A stretch of 64,000 nt of DNA from Raillietiella orientalis (Eukaryota), in contig JAYWIR010000122.1 of NCBI GenBank assembly GCA_036172245.1, positions 1 to 64,000 of the forward strand, in the 5' to 3' direction. The notes under the pieces are model-generated. The model was not told the origin of the DNA. It saw nothing but the letters and a program-made list of their open reading frames with translations, and searched no databases. The first letter of the stretch is position 1, and every line of letters begins with the position of its first letter. Of the stretch, positions 27,972 to 42,649 are shown in pieces. Position numbers and translations under genes: made by a program.

Positions 27972-30199
27972 GATTTCATTAATCACTTTCCACAATGCCA
28001 TTTCTACTCGGCCAAAATGGTAAATAATCAATTAATAAAAGTAATGTTTTATGTCACTTTGTTTAATCAGTTTTTTTTATTGGCGTATCCACTACGGGAA
28101 GGATGATTAATGTCATACGGCATTTACAATAGATCAAAATTATTATTTTTCGTATTTTAAAATGTTCATACAAATATAAAGAAGGATGGAATCTTTGTGG
28201 TTTGGTGTAAATAACATGTTTAATCTGCTTGAGGAAAACAAATGAAGACAAAATTCAATAAATCTTAAAATTTGATCAAAATGATAAGTAATTGAAATAA
28301 GAACTTTTTTTTTTGTTTTGTTTTGTTCAGAGTTCCAGTCTTTTTGTTCCCCTCTGCATTTCTTTTGTTTCATGTTTTGTGAACGTAATCGTTATTTAAC
28401 ATATTTAACATAAACTCATTTTTCGAGCTCTTTTATTCATTTTTTCCGTCCCTTTCCAGCGCCGACAACTGAAGGAAAATAACTCACCTAATGGTTGAAT
28501 GGGTGGAATCAAAGGTCACTCATGTAGTGTAAAAGAAGAAAAATGAAATAAAAAATTGATTACAAATCTCTAGCTTAGGAAATTGGCATTCCTTCTGTCT
28601 AGAACTTGTGAGAGGCAACGACTGTGGCCCGTTGCAAGTTCCCCATGATTGCTTTAAACCATGGTGTTTTCTGGCGACGTACCTTTTTCTTTCTTTCTTT
28701 CTTCTTTTTTAATATTATAGCTGCCTAGAAATATTCTGAGTTTCTCGGGTTCACGAGTTACCTTATAAGTTAAGTTCCTGTGTATTAAACGAATGTTACC
28801 GTGAGCTAAAGTGGATATTTGCTCTACTGAGCTTTTTTTTCTCCTATCTGGACACACTCGAATTATCGTGCATTCGGATAAGCTAACTCTACCATGAGCT
28901 AACCATTTCTAAATAAACCGTTTTTTTTTTTCATGTATGATTATCAAAAGCAAAGTGCAATGTTTCTTATAATTCTCATTTGCAATCTAAACTTTTCTGA
29001 CTGATGTTTCGGGCTAGGCAATCAGAAAACAAGGCAACCAAAAGAGCAGGCTTCGGAATAATGACATAAAAACAATGGAAAAAATAAAGTAAAATGCAGC
29101 ACGAAGTAAATTCATAGCTCTGAAGAAAAACGAAATGTCCTACAGCATGTATTTTTTAAAACGTTTTATATGCCAAGGAAAATTTACAATAGGTTTCAGA
29201 TGTGAAAATGACAGGAAAATGATCATATAATCATACTACGCATTATCTGCTTATGCTATTGCTTCAGAAAATAGCTTTCCATACTTTGCAATCATAAATT
29301 CAAAGCAAGCTCTCTTCTGGTAGCAGGAACATTTTGATACTATACTCTGGTAGCACACATCGCCGCAATCATTTCCGGATGTGTTTCTCATGATGATCAT
29401 GCATCGGCTCTTGACTTCATGCAATTGGATATGCGGCATTGCTACCAGATATGGTACAACACAAGAAATCAAGATACACCAAAGTATAACAGTAAGCATA
29501 CTTGCTTCGTACATTCGTACATCCTCGTTCTTCGAGATAGAATCATGCAAGATGTAAACTACGACTGCCATTTGCTATGAGTGCTGATGCAAGCGAGAGA
29601 GAGAGCATGAGATTTTCCATAGCTAATTTCACTAGCTTCACGAAGTCGAGGGACTGATTTCGAGTCTCTTCTCACTCTTTTAGACGTCCCCATCCACGGA
29701 ATTCTTTAGTAAAAGGCGAAAGAATTATGCGTTAGAATGGGGACCAGAGTTTCTTCTCACTCTTGTAATTTTGATTTTCTTTTCAATTTCTTCTTCATGT
29801 TTCCAAAATTCCTGATATAGAAATGTGAAATTCTGAGCTTTTTTCCTGTAAGAAGATTCCTTATGCAGATTACTTATTACTTTTATCTTTTTTTTTAGTG
29901 AATAATGATGATGGTTCGTTCATAATACTTTGGCAGGAAGTATGCTCGTCCCGATGATCATCTTAAAGGTTCAGCACCCTTGACTGCATGAATATTTTTC
30001 CTACTTGTTTTATAGTCTTTAGGGATGGCATAAATATTTACTGGCCTTATGAATTTTCGTAGATGACCTATGAGCATAAAAATGGGTGTTCGGAGTAAAT
30101 CACATGGCTACTAGCTTTCTAACTCCTCTAGGCTAGAGATCTTATTCTAGTTCAGAGAGGGAAATTGACTAAAGATTCCGTTTTGATGTTCGTCACGAT

Positions 30200-31350
30200 G
30201 CATGAATGGTACAGCAAATCTTTTGGGCAGTTCCAGAGTGTCTTTGTGGATTTCTTCGTGTTCTTTACAGGATATGGGAAGACTGCACACGGAACTGCAC
30301 TTTCGTTCGTTCCTTGTTCCTCGTTCTTCCCCCCACCCCAAATCAAGTAATTCTTCAAAGTAATGGGGATTCGGAGTAGTCTTGCCATGTTGTTTGTATC
30401 GCAAAAAGATCTCGAGATCAGAAATGCAATTTTTCGCCATATCATATTCATCAAGATTTGGGAAGAATTACAACTAATCTGAAGGAATTCAAGAAAAATT
30501 TCTTTTATGAAGGTCACTCTTTTTCAGAAGATGTTAGAAATGATACAAAATCTCATTTTCATCTTGCATTTGTATTGATTCTGCATATCCAAGAAGAGAG
30601 TGGGTCATTTCATCAATACGAAAAGTTTGTCTTCTAAAACGGATGAACGAGATCAAGAAGATTTTGGTTATGAGTGGCAGAAAATGTTTGAAAGCGAGTT
30701 TGTCTTCAATAGAATTGTTCCACTGGAAGGCAAAGTGAAAAAACAAGTTGATAAATAACCAGAAGGACTGAAGCTCAACTACTTGTTTCGTATATTAGTT
30801 GGGATCTAGAATAATTCTATAAAGAACTAATCATTCGAAGCTTCTAGAGTTCTAGTTAAACTATCTCACTGATTATATATAATAATTGTTTGTTTTTCTG
30901 CAGAAAGATGCAGTCAATGCTGGGATGTATGTGATTCTGAACACCCCAGACACGAGTGATGCGTTTCTTGTTCAAGAGAATTGGTTATATGTTTGAGATC
31001 ATAAGTAGGTAATAAGGTCTAATGAGGTCATTGCATTCATCTATCAGATGAATTTTAAATGGGATTTTAAATAATGATAATTTTAAATTCCAAGTGAAAC
31101 CAAATGCTTTCAGTAGAATCCAATGTAAATTTGATGTATAGTTCCGTTTGTCTTCGGCTCTTATCTTTTTTATTATCTCTTTTCTGTTGTCTGAAATGAT
31201 AGTGTCACTTCTGAAGCTATCATTTGCTTTCCATAGTGGAAACTCCATTCTATGAATGAGTGAGTCTTGTATATCCGTTTCTGAACTCTGAGACCATCTG
31301 TAAGTTGTCTTTAGTTTTATTTTTGAAAACAAACCGAAATCTAAATTGGT
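30200..31350 (-). mobile_element. Decayed Jockey/CR1-like LINE RT relic
   Basis: DSFRSDT...HWILLKAFGFTW (resembling Q.GFR..ST...LDL.KAFD.VW), followed by SGVF (resembling SGVPQG). Confidence 0.45.
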
Positions 31351-33249
31351 CGAAAGGTGGATATGTACAACATCTTCTCTTACAACACATGTTTTGAAGC
31401 CTACTTCTCGCCTTCACATTGCTATTGTTTGTATGCGTAACTGGTGCTTCGTTTCTTCTTTTTTTTAAATCGTATTCTGAGGTTTTTCTTTTCTTTTAAT
31501 TCTCTCCGTTAGTTTCCAACTAAGAGACGTTGCACAAAGAGAACCGTGTTGCAGTATTTATTTGATTACAAACTGAGTACGTCAATTAATAGGGAGCAAA
31601 ACTCCTAGTTGTTACTTTTGATTAGTAGATAGTTGGTAGTTGATGCTCCTGATTAGTTCCAATGTTTGAATAACACTAGATTCAAAGAAGAAATACGAGT
31701 AACTTTCTTTAGAAATGGGGAAACTCATTACAATTTAGAGAATCAACGAATTTCCTCAGAACAATTCGTACAGAGAAATGATCAGAATGATCTTCAAATC
31801 TGATGAATAATAACCATGAGCATCCTTATCTACTGAATTCTTAAATTGTTAACACATTTATTATCAATGTCAGATCAAACAAGAAAATAATGAAAAGGTC
31901 GTATGTTGAAAACATTCAAACATTCATTACATTTAAAACTCCAATAAGGAGAATCAGGTCCCATTAACTGCCAGAAAGAGCAATAAGATTCTACAAGAAA
32001 CCTTTTTTTGAAACGTAGTTTTCTGAAATATAAAGGGAGCAAAAAGTATGATGCTGCCGGCACAGTTTTGCACCGAAAAAACGATCCAATTGAGGTACTA
32101 CAATTAGTTGCAAAATGTGGAATTTTTTAAGCGCATCACTAGTTAAGTAATTAATGAACTCTAAACTGCGTGTACAACCGTTTTTTTTTATATTGGTGTG
32201 AGTCTGCTGAGTGGAGGAGGAGTCGAGTCGAGGGCGGATATTTGAAATCTTGCATTTGGAGTGTGACTGCCTTTACTAAAGACGAAGAAAACATGTTTTT
32301 CTACTTTTGAAGCATATGCAGGCATGCTTTGCCTTAAGGTTTCCTTAGCATGTGAAAGATTATGTCTTCCCTTCGTTGTTTTTCATTGTGAAGTTGTATA
32401 TTTGCTTCTTTTCACATTAAATTCATTTGCACCATAATACTGGTGTTGCATTCATTGATAATTTTTCCTTCAATGAAATCTTGGAGCTGGGAAGATACGG
32501 GCTACTCGCGGGACTTGCTATCAGATAAGTTTTGCCTTGTGTAAGGAAACAAGAACAGTATTTCATAAGTCTTGTTTATCATTTTAGAAAAAGTAAGCAA
32601 TGAATCTCTGAATTCTGAAGTACGTTTTTTAGAAAAGTTATCCGAACAAGGTCTGAACACACCACGCATACTAAAAAGCAGGTAACCCCGGAGAGCTTGC
32701 ACTTTTCAGCTTCACTCTTCGTCGTACATACTGATATTAAAGCAAGAAAGCAATACTCTGAAATTTAAAAGTGACTTTAAAATAAGTGTATTGTAATAAG
32801 TGTATAAAAAGGTGTGTGTGTGTTTGCTTACGCTATTATATGAAGGTATAGAATTTCGAAAAAAGGATAAATTTTCTTGGAATCAGAAGGGACGGAAGAA
32901 AAATCTAATCCAAATACTTTGTAAAGTTATACATGATTCTGAAGTAAACAATGAAGTAAACAGTCTCTTTACATATCCATTCTAATGTACATTACAAAAT
33001 AAGGAGATAGACTACTGTAAATGTCTTAACTGATAAGTGTACTCCTTGAAAAGCAACCTTTAAAAGCAATAATCATCGAAAATGAAAGAATAGAAAAACA
33101 AATTTTTTCATTTTCTTTCGGAAATGACAGAGGCACTTGGAATGATTCGTCAATTCACATTTAGACAAAGGTGAGTTAACTTTGTAAATTGTGCCTTTAA
33201 AATGATAGCCAATCTTTAGCAGAGCACATTTCAAAATAAGATTTTGCTT

Positions 33250-34540
33250 AATTCATGCACTCTTACTTTTTTTGAAAAGAAGCCACATCATCTGCATTGA
33301 GTTCCGGCGTCAGATCCAAATCCAAATTCATGTAATGCTGATTCCAAATAGGCATAATGTAATCATTATCCTAAAAGGACAAATACATGGTTAGCAATGT
33401 ACCAAGTAATCAGTAACATGACGATTAGAGCTATATTTGAATCCTCTACAATATGTCGGAAGATTCTAGGAAGCAATCTGTCTTCGCAAGGCCGATGCAA
33501 AACTTGAAGACAGCGCTCTCGTACGAGAAATTGAATCAGCGCTCAAGAACGGCTATTGCGCTCACTGTTTCATTTTGAAAAAACAACTTAGATGTAAAAT
33601 CTGTGAATTAGAAAATCATCATAATAGGGAGGGCGAATACTCCCACGGAAAGTTCCTATTGTATATTCAACAATTGTTCAACAACAGGCATGACATCATT
33701 TCGCAATGAATTTATTGCGTTAAACAAATGATGTGACGGCATTGGCATACAGCCCGGAAGTGAGTTTTGAAGAGCATTTTTGATTTTTTTCCAGCAGTTC
33801 TCTCTGCGTCAAATACTGCTTTTAGGGCTTTGAAAGTTTCAAAAGTGATTTATTAAGCAGACATCGACATCTCATGTGGTACCCAGTTCTCTTTCCCACT
33901 CTAGAACCTCTCTTTTTCACAGGAAAATCAAAAAAAAAAAAAAGTGAAGCGATTTCTGTATGGCAACAGCAAGTTGAGAGCTGAAGATCATTTTGAAGGA
34001 AAAAAGGTTATCACTGAAGGATGGGGAAAGCCTGAACTCCCACTGCTTGCTCGTAGAAAATTTCATTCGACCTCATAACGATAACGCAGTCCTCACTGCT
34101 CGAAACGAAACTTGGAACTTGTACATCCCTAAATTGGTAACAAAAGACTTTGAACCTTGTTCTTCGAAACGTACAGATCTGGTTACTGTGGAAACACGAT
34201 CCTCTAGCTGGCCCCGATTAAACCGTTCACCGTCTAAATAAAATTTCGCGTTCATTTGCTCTCCTAAAAAAATGTGAACACACAAAGGTCGTTTGGAAGG
34301 ACACCGTGAAATGTGTTGCAGAGTTGCTCGCAAACCGTCTTCAAGTCGAGGGTTTTGACATCCATTCCATGAGAAGTCCCGACGTCGCTTCATGAATCAG
34401 AATCGTGTTTTCTATACTGTGTGTGTGTTGCTGCAAGCTGGGTTGTACTTCGAAAAAAAAAATATTTCCGACATTTAATTTGATGCAAGGAGCAAGCGTC
34501 TTTATCATAATTGATCCAAGCACAGAGGTGCTGAGCAAGT
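33250..34540 (-). mobile_element. Decayed LINE (endonuclease and RT remnants)
   Basis: HIFLGEQMNAKF (resembling ILGDFNAK) near 34260 and NADDVA (resembling YADD) near 33290. Confidence 0.35.
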
Positions 34541-35039
34541 TTTGGAACCGACAAGGAAAATCGATGTGAAACTAGAAAGTAGCAAAAACAGAGGAATAGA
34601 TGGTTGGATGATTTTAAACCCTAATTTAAGGGGTTTAAAATTTATTTGAGAAGGAAGGAATTTATATGAATGAATTTATACTGTCAAGTTCGCGAATTGA
34701 AAGGATTGAAATCATTCTTCTGGGCAGGAAAAAAGAGAGGCACTCGTATCAGTTCATAACGAGATTTTTGATAATCCGGGAGGGAGCGAGGAGGAGGGGA
34801 ACCCTTTGATAATCTGAAATCTGAAAGTCATTAAGAGAGATCATTCAATAAGACTTTGCTTTGCACCTATCTAGGAGAGCGAAACAGTCAAAGCAGTACA
34901 AAAGATTTGGAAGTGATTATGACCATGCAAGAGTCACAGAAAGTAGGGACAAGATATTTTGAGCCCATTATCTCTTACATCCGAAAGTATGATACCATAT
35001 TCATCTAGAAATGGATCTACCTTGAAGAAAAGGATCAAC

Positions 35040-36640
35040 CCTCTGGATGATGATAAATGGCTTCCCAGAACATGCCGGTTACGAAAGTTGATTAGAAGCC
35101 TTCGAGAGTTTCTGGAAAACGGTCAAGAGTCTGCATTATCGGTCTTCGGCAGATGAGTATTGCTCGTTCACATTGAGAATTAGTGAATAATCTCATAAGA
35201 GAATAATGGCATAAGCGCTGAAGAAGCAAACTACGGAAATTGAACCGGATGCGAGCTATGAAGCCATATGATGTAATCCTTCATTCTCCTTTCTTTGCAT
35301 CTTTCTTCTCCAGAAAGGAGTCTCTCTCTGCAGGAAATTATTTCCCAGCTAACTTGAATCAGCTTGAGTGATCAGGTGTTGTCTAATGAAAGGAAGCCCG
35401 GAAAAGAAACATGTGAGAATTAGACAGTAGAAGGCAGCGCGAAACGTATATGCAAAGGGAGTGAGTAGCTCACGGTGATGCATGAAATGCTCGGAGAGTT
35501 TGAAGGTGTGCTCAGTGATACCTCTCTACAGAAGTAACGATAACGAACTATTCTAGCAAGCTTGAATACTCCATTTCTTCATCAGCCGAAGCTTCGTATC
35601 TCCTTTTACTTGTGCGTTCCTCCATCCAAACCCTCAAACGGAATCTCTCATTTGATGAAACAGTGTACAAATGGATATAACTTGGAATCCAAAAACTGAT
35701 CTTTCATTTCAAGACTGCGAACTGGTGCTAAATCGTTTGTATCATTTGTACCTCTTGGTTACTCGGTTGGCTCAACCGCACTTAAGCAAACCTGCTGAAG
35801 TCTCTGAACGTGTTTCTTGAAAGCGCCGAGTTTTCGGTAGTGCAGGGCTCCTGCAGATGGCTTAGAGACAGACTCTCTAGCAGGGGTTTTAACGGAATGA
35901 ACGAAGGCGAAGCACCAACAGGCAATTAGGCGAGAATTAACAGAAGATTTTAGAAATCCAACAGCGGATTCTTGGTGATAGTACAGAAGTACTCCTCCTC
36001 TGCAGCACATCAACCTCCACAACAGGTTTTTAAAAAAATTACCAAGAGCCTCGAGAAATTTCTGCTTGTGGATCAAAAGAAACGAGAAAAATGCAGAAAG
36101 AAATAACAAACTAACGAATATGCAGTGAGTCGCCAAGAGATTAGGATTCGACATGACCGCATTATCAGGGGAAACCCTGTCTCGATCTCCCATCTTTAAT
36201 TCTTTCTTCTCTTCTTTCAAATTATGTTGAAAGGATCACTTGCTTAGACATGTCTTCGTGGAAGATATCGATGTCATGGCTGCCAATGACATCACCTCCT
36301 ACACTAACAAGTGGATTAGATCTATTTCCGATCATTACAGAGACTTCACTGCCAACCTAAGATAATTCGATCTTCTGAATCGGAACGCACAAGTGATTCA
36401 GAAATACTCTTTAAGACAGATGCTCGGAAAGGAAAATTGCCAAAGAGTCGAACAAACTGGTTCATATTCTTATCTCTTGAATGGAAGAGTTCTATTTTTA
36501 ACAGTTGGACGTGTAATAATTTCATCCTTGAACGGTGATATTTGCCAAGATTGGCAGCAGTTACGTATATCACAACTGCTGTTAATGCAATATAACCTAC
36601 TATCTACTCAAGCACTTGCATGAGAAAATGTGCACCCTTC
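35040..36640 (+). mobile_element. Decayed LINE RT relic (I/Jockey-like)
   Basis: SGETLSRSPIFNSF (resembling QGSVLSP.LFN) at ~36165, HVFVEDIDV (resembling YADD) at ~36250, and W..LRI..LLL downstream. Confidence 0.4.
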
Positions 36641-39600
36641 TCTTAGCTCTTCCGACAGGTAAAACCAATAATTGCTACGATGCAACTAACAGATCGGCTA
36701 CACTCGAAAGTGGTAAAAAAATTCCTGTAAAAAAGTCAACTCTTCCATTACATATATAACGACAATTAAATTGGCAGAATGCAAGAAGAACGGCGAAAAC
36801 GAAAGCATGTTTCGATGATGCTCATTTCAAATGCCTACACTTCGACTGGGGAGGGGTGAGGTGGGGGGGAGTACTCGGGTATTCTTTACAAAGTGCCATC
36901 TGTTTCCCGATATGTGCACTCTGTCTATGCGTCCGTCGAATCGGAATCGCCTGTTTCAGTAGGTAAAACAGAAACTACAGATTTTAACATGAATACATTT
37001 ACTAACACTTTATTTTCCATGAGAATAGAAGAATCAAGATCACGTGCAACAAGTACGAATGAATACAAATACAACTGATTCGATCTACCCTAAAATATCA
37101 CAAGATATAGCTTTCATTTGCTGCATATAAAAGTTGTGCAGCCTGCATAACTTCCTCATGAGAACATTGCTGGTGATTTGACCAGCTCGTATCACCGTAA
37201 GTTCATAAAAGCATTTATGCAGACAAATATCGGGAAAAAGTACTAGTTGTTCCTCAAGAATACCTTGTAAAGAGTTCCATTTGTTTCTGGAAATTGCTGC
37301 TTCCCAGAGCTCGAATAACTAAAACAAAATACATCTATACATATACATGATTTCTAAGCGTTTTCTTTCAGTTATACTGCGCATTCTAAATGCCAAGGAT
37401 TCTACATTTTCCTTTTAGTCTGAATATTCGTTTTAAAGAATGTTGGGTTGATCTTACCTGAGATTGGGCGTTTCTTTCTCTTTTTCATTTCCGATCTCGG
37501 TTTCAAGTCGCAAGTTCGGTTTGCCTAGAATACAAAAATTTTTTTTTTTTTTTAAATTTTCCATTAAGGAATTGTTTAATATTTTGGATCTGTTAAAAAT
37601 GAAAATGGATTAAAGATGAGGAATTGCGTGCTGAGTCCTTTCAAACGTTTTCTCTCCATTAAGATAAGGGAAGACTTCGAAAGCTCTGTCAGTTTTTCCC
37701 AGTGGGCAAATGTCGAGCTTCCTTAAACGCGGTGTCCATCGGATGACAGTTTGCTATATTTTTAACATGATACACGTTTGCTGGACAAACAAATATATGT
37801 GTGTACACTGATACACGTGTATGTGGCAAGAGCAAATTATACACATATGTAGCAAATTTAAGATGACATTTTAAAGCTATGTAAGTAGAAAAGAACTATT
37901 AGAAAAACACTATTTTTATTGATTTTTTCTTTATAAACTCGTTTACGAAAAGTCTCTTTAAATACAGTACCATAGTATCACAAAAGTGCAAGAACATCAA
38001 TTAGGAATATTGATTTTGTAGTCAATCTACAGAGTTTTGTGTATTCATCGCTGTATTAATCAGCTTCTCTCGAGATCGTAAAATACGAATCAGGAAGGAG
38101 CTAAACCTTCCAACGTGTGCACAGTCAACGAAATGAAAGTTCAACTTTTTCCGTTCTGTACTGCGTTTGGATTTTGTAAAGCTGAGACTGGAAATTTCAC
38201 AAGATACGTGGTTGCAGAAACGGCATCTGCTCTCACTAATCACTTAGTTTCTTGACATTTTGATTCATTGAAGCAGCTTCTAGTGGATTCCGGTGTTTTT
38301 TTAATTTGGAAGTGAAAAACACTATTTAAATGATAACAGAGTGCTTTGAATGCAATTCAAATAAAAAAAATTTTCCAATCTCGATGCTTCATTGGGAGAT
38401 TCCAACGCGTTCTTCTAAGACACAAAGAACAAAGTGTACATCATAGGAAGATGAGAAGATAAGCTTCAAGGAATCCACATGGTGTACTAGGAACCGCAAT
38501 GCCTGGATGATTATCAAAAAATGAATCCCAGCTTTATTCCGTGAGGTGCAAAATTGATTTTGAGTTTGGTAAGTTTCGGATTTCCAAAACTGTAACACTG
38601 AACCAACGAGTAAATAAACCGTAGGTTTGTGGAGAGCACTTTTTCCACATTGCAGAAATCGTGTGACGGAATTTTTTTATTCCCCCTCACTCCCACAGTT
38701 TCTCCATTCGTTCAACTATATTTAAAGCTTATAATGGCTAGTTCTACCAAATTTCACAGAAAATGATTATGAAAACTTCTCTTGTGACTTTTTTTTTTTT
38801 TTCATCGTAACTGTGATTTTTTTTGCTTTTTTTTTTAGAATAAAGATGCTTCATACAAAAAGATACGTTTCCCTTCAATAAAGATACGTTTCATTTTTCG
38901 AAACATCAAAAACGGTGTCATTCCAAAGAAAGAAACACTCCTGAATCGGTGGGTACAAAAAGCAAAAAAATGATCCCAATATGTTGTGATGGTTCAATAA
39001 AGGCTAGGGAATAAACAAGGACTATATAGACTGTCGCTTCTTTGAGTATCTTTCTTTAACAAAATGCAGTTTTTTATTCAGGACACTTTACTTATCAGTA
39101 CTAGCAGCAGTCAATTTCTTGCTTCAATGATGTCATTAAAATCATTTCTCGCTTTCTTTTTTTTGCAAAAATTTATAGAATTTTGCGTTAAGGAGTCCAC
39201 AGTTGGGAATTCTGGGATTTAAACGGTTGCATATCTCCATTGTTTGTAAACTTAGGGTACTCTCGATGGTATCATAGAAAACCCAAGTGACACTTTGAGG
39301 AACCCAATAAAATGCACAGTGATTTTTCTTTATGGCAGAACTGCTAAAAAATCTGTTGTACGTCGAAAATCTCTCATTGTAATGAGATTGTACTTTTGAA
39401 ACATTTAGCAATTCAAATTTCGCATGCGGACAAGCTTGCCATGCGGATATCTCGTTCGTTTTTTCATTTTCGTTAAGCTAAATTCGAGGTCTTTCGCCTC
39501 TACTTATTTTTGTGCAAAGTGGAAACTCCTCACCCTTCTGATCCTAAGCGAACACGTAAGTCTGCTGACATTTGTTGCATTGCAACACTTATTGGTTCCA

Positions 39601-42600
39601 CTTTGCAAGTTCGTTCACTCGCCTGCGCATGAACCAGCAGCGTTATTCTGTACCCGTATGAAGGTGAAGTAAATGTCTCAGTCCGCGCACTTTCCTACTG
39701 TCATGACTAATCCGAGACAAAGACCACTATTATTACTGAAGCATGCTGTTTTTGAGCGTACAAAGAGAGTGATCATACGCGCAGTTCCATTTTACAACTG
39801 CAGCAACAGGATTGTTGGTCTCGTCTTGTGATCCTTGCTCCAGACTCATGAAAGTGATTTTCCGGTTCGTGCAGCTTGCAAATTCCTTGCGTCCCTTTCT
39901 TAGTCCTTTTTTCAGCATCATCTGATCGGATACGCTCTGCTTGGCTTTGGCTTGTATTTTTTAGTCCATCTTACTAAGATCAATTCACGAGGCTGCACTC
40001 CAGCAAAGGATCTATTTCTGGAACACTTTATCAACGACGAAGTATAATACGTAAATTCGAAATAATTCATGAGAGAATCGAAACATACTTTGTCTGTGTC
40101 TGTTTGTTTGTTCCTCGTTTAGTTCCTTTGCACACCAGCTTTCTGCAAATACTTTTCTTGAAGCACATTCGATCTGGGTCATGCTTCCCCTGTTTTTGGA
40201 TACGGAAGAAAGGATCTTTCATTGCAGCGTAAGAAGTACCCCGAACAATCGAGCGCCCCAAGACAGGCTTTTGAAAGCTTTAAAATCGAATGATATACGG
40301 AGAAGGATGGCGAGGAAAAGCTAGAAAAGGAAACGGAAGACCAAAGACCTTGGCATTCGTTCACCTATACAACGCCATGGATTCGGTTCTTGTTCTATTA
40401 TCAGTAAGAAAGTTAATTGGCTCCTGCAAATTCTCTGCTCATTCACAACTCAGTATGCCAAATATTGCTACTCTAATTGTGTGCTGAACCAAAGGTTTCA
40501 TGCCTTCCTCCCTCTCGCTTTCAATTTGCTGGAATCATATGGGAAATGGAGTAGTGCATTGCAATGACTCATGAACCTCTTTGGGATGTTCAGGCTTCCA
40601 TCGGTCGACTCTGAAGTTCAACTGTGCGCTTCTTCGACTAATTAAGAACTCTGATGAAGCGTTAGAGCGAGAAATATTTGCAAACACCGATTTGTGGTCG
40701 TGTACTTTCAAACCAAGACTTTTCTTGAGTAATATTGAAGGAGCTCCTTGGATTGTCTTATTGCAGACGCACAAGAAAAGAAGAAACTGTTGTACAGATG
40801 TCTCAAGATTGTATAGTACTTAAAACATGGTTTCCTCGGGTGTTTGTCCGCTTTACCCCCATTTAGAACATATTGATTTGCTGGAAAAAACACAAAGAGA
40901 ATTTTTGTGTAGAAACTTTGCTGTTTTTATGCTTTGATAAAAGGATATAAAAAAAACGGGAGAAATAAAGAAAAGAAGACATACTACGATCGACAATAGA
41001 TTTATCTTCAGACAAGGTGAATTTAGTTCCCATCCGATGTTTCCTTATCACATGATTCGTTATCAATCACGAGTTCACTCATATGAAGTGCCAATTATAC
41101 ACCTTTGCTAGGCAGAACAACCACATCTCCAAATAAAAGACGTTTTCATGCACATTAGAAAGCAAAAACAAAAAAAAACATGTTTTTTCCTTCCACGATC
41201 ACATCATGTAGTCTTTAATGATCGATGGTGTCTCCTTGCGTTTTTATAAAGTGAAAACGATAAGAACGAAAAAGGAAAAAGAACGGTACCTTTCGGAGAT
41301 CCCTCTGCTACTTGTTTGCTGTAGAGTCTCATTTCAGAAGAAAGCTTGGACTTGCTTAGATTACTTCCAAACTAAAATACATGCTAGTCGTCACAAGTTG
41401 TCATGATTACACCGCGCAAGGTAATACAGACTCACGGCAGGAAGTCTCGCACTAAAAGAAGGGAAATGATGCCTTCCGCTTTTATATGCTGAACCCATGC
41501 CAGCTCGGAAGTTAAGTCAGCTAAATTTAACTCTCCAGCAGTCTACATCCTGTCATCCAATGCAGCTCACACAACTCAAATTTTTTAAAATAAAGAAAAA
41601 TCATGATTGCAACCAAGAAAAAAACATGAGGAAGTGCATTACCTATTCATCAGAATGTAATCGTACTCTTGTAACTTTTGTGTGTGTGACCTTAGAAATA
41701 GATGCCAATGAATCCAGTGAATGACACCACAGAATAATAAATGCTTAGAGATTTTTCTGCATCTCATCTACGCTTGTTTAATCTGGTCTATTTCTTCCTC
41801 TGGTACATATAAGTCTTCAGACAGTGAGTTTCTTCAAACTCAGTGAAGTGGAGTTTATCAATTCTTTGCCTTTCTCTGCTGTTTCCTTTCTTTTCTGCAT
41901 CTTATTCAGAGATAGATCATAGTACTTTGCCTTGATAAACTCTGACCTCAAAATTTTATATTTTTCCGCAAACATATCATTAGACTTCTGGATATTTACA
42001 TGTAAGACAGACTGAAATTCTTCTAAACATTTTCGAAAATTAAAGAAAGTAGGCAAGGAAGCGATAAGGGACAACTGCACACAGCAAAAGCTACTGGAGA
42101 GAACTTCATTATCAGTCTGTATTTATTTATGAAATAAAAAAACTTATCGTCTTGGGAAACTGGATTTAATATGAAAGTATCAATCATTTTTTGTTCAGTA
42201 AAAGCGAAGAAAATCAAATTTTAGGAATTTAAGAATTATGCACTAGCTTCAGAATATCTGTATTTTATTCACAATGATGCATTTAGAGTAAAAAATAATA
42301 ATGATATGGGTCCTTGTGCAATTATTAACGTTGCGTAGTTGTGATGAGGATTGATCTCAAATGACGAGGAAAGTTTTTTTATATCGTCGCACTCCCATTT
42401 GTCAGTCAAAGTTTGCAATATAAATTCTGTATTCATTTTGTGTTTTCAGAAATAAACGACACTGAGGACTAAAAACACTGAATCAATCAGAAAAACATCG
42501 TGGTAACCGATTACAGACACCAGCTTTGTTCGGTAACCGATCATCCTAATTTCTTAATCAGAAAACAGAACCAGTGATTTCCTCGTGCGATTAAAATTCC

Positions 42601-42649
42601 TCGTCAAATTAAAGTTCATTCTTAAAAATGAATTAAAAACTCTTTAATT

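Noticed and set aside
39700..42080. Several 60-90 aa minus-strand ORFs, possibly TE remnants or formin 5' exons
   Set aside because: No convincing motif or consistent splice phase.
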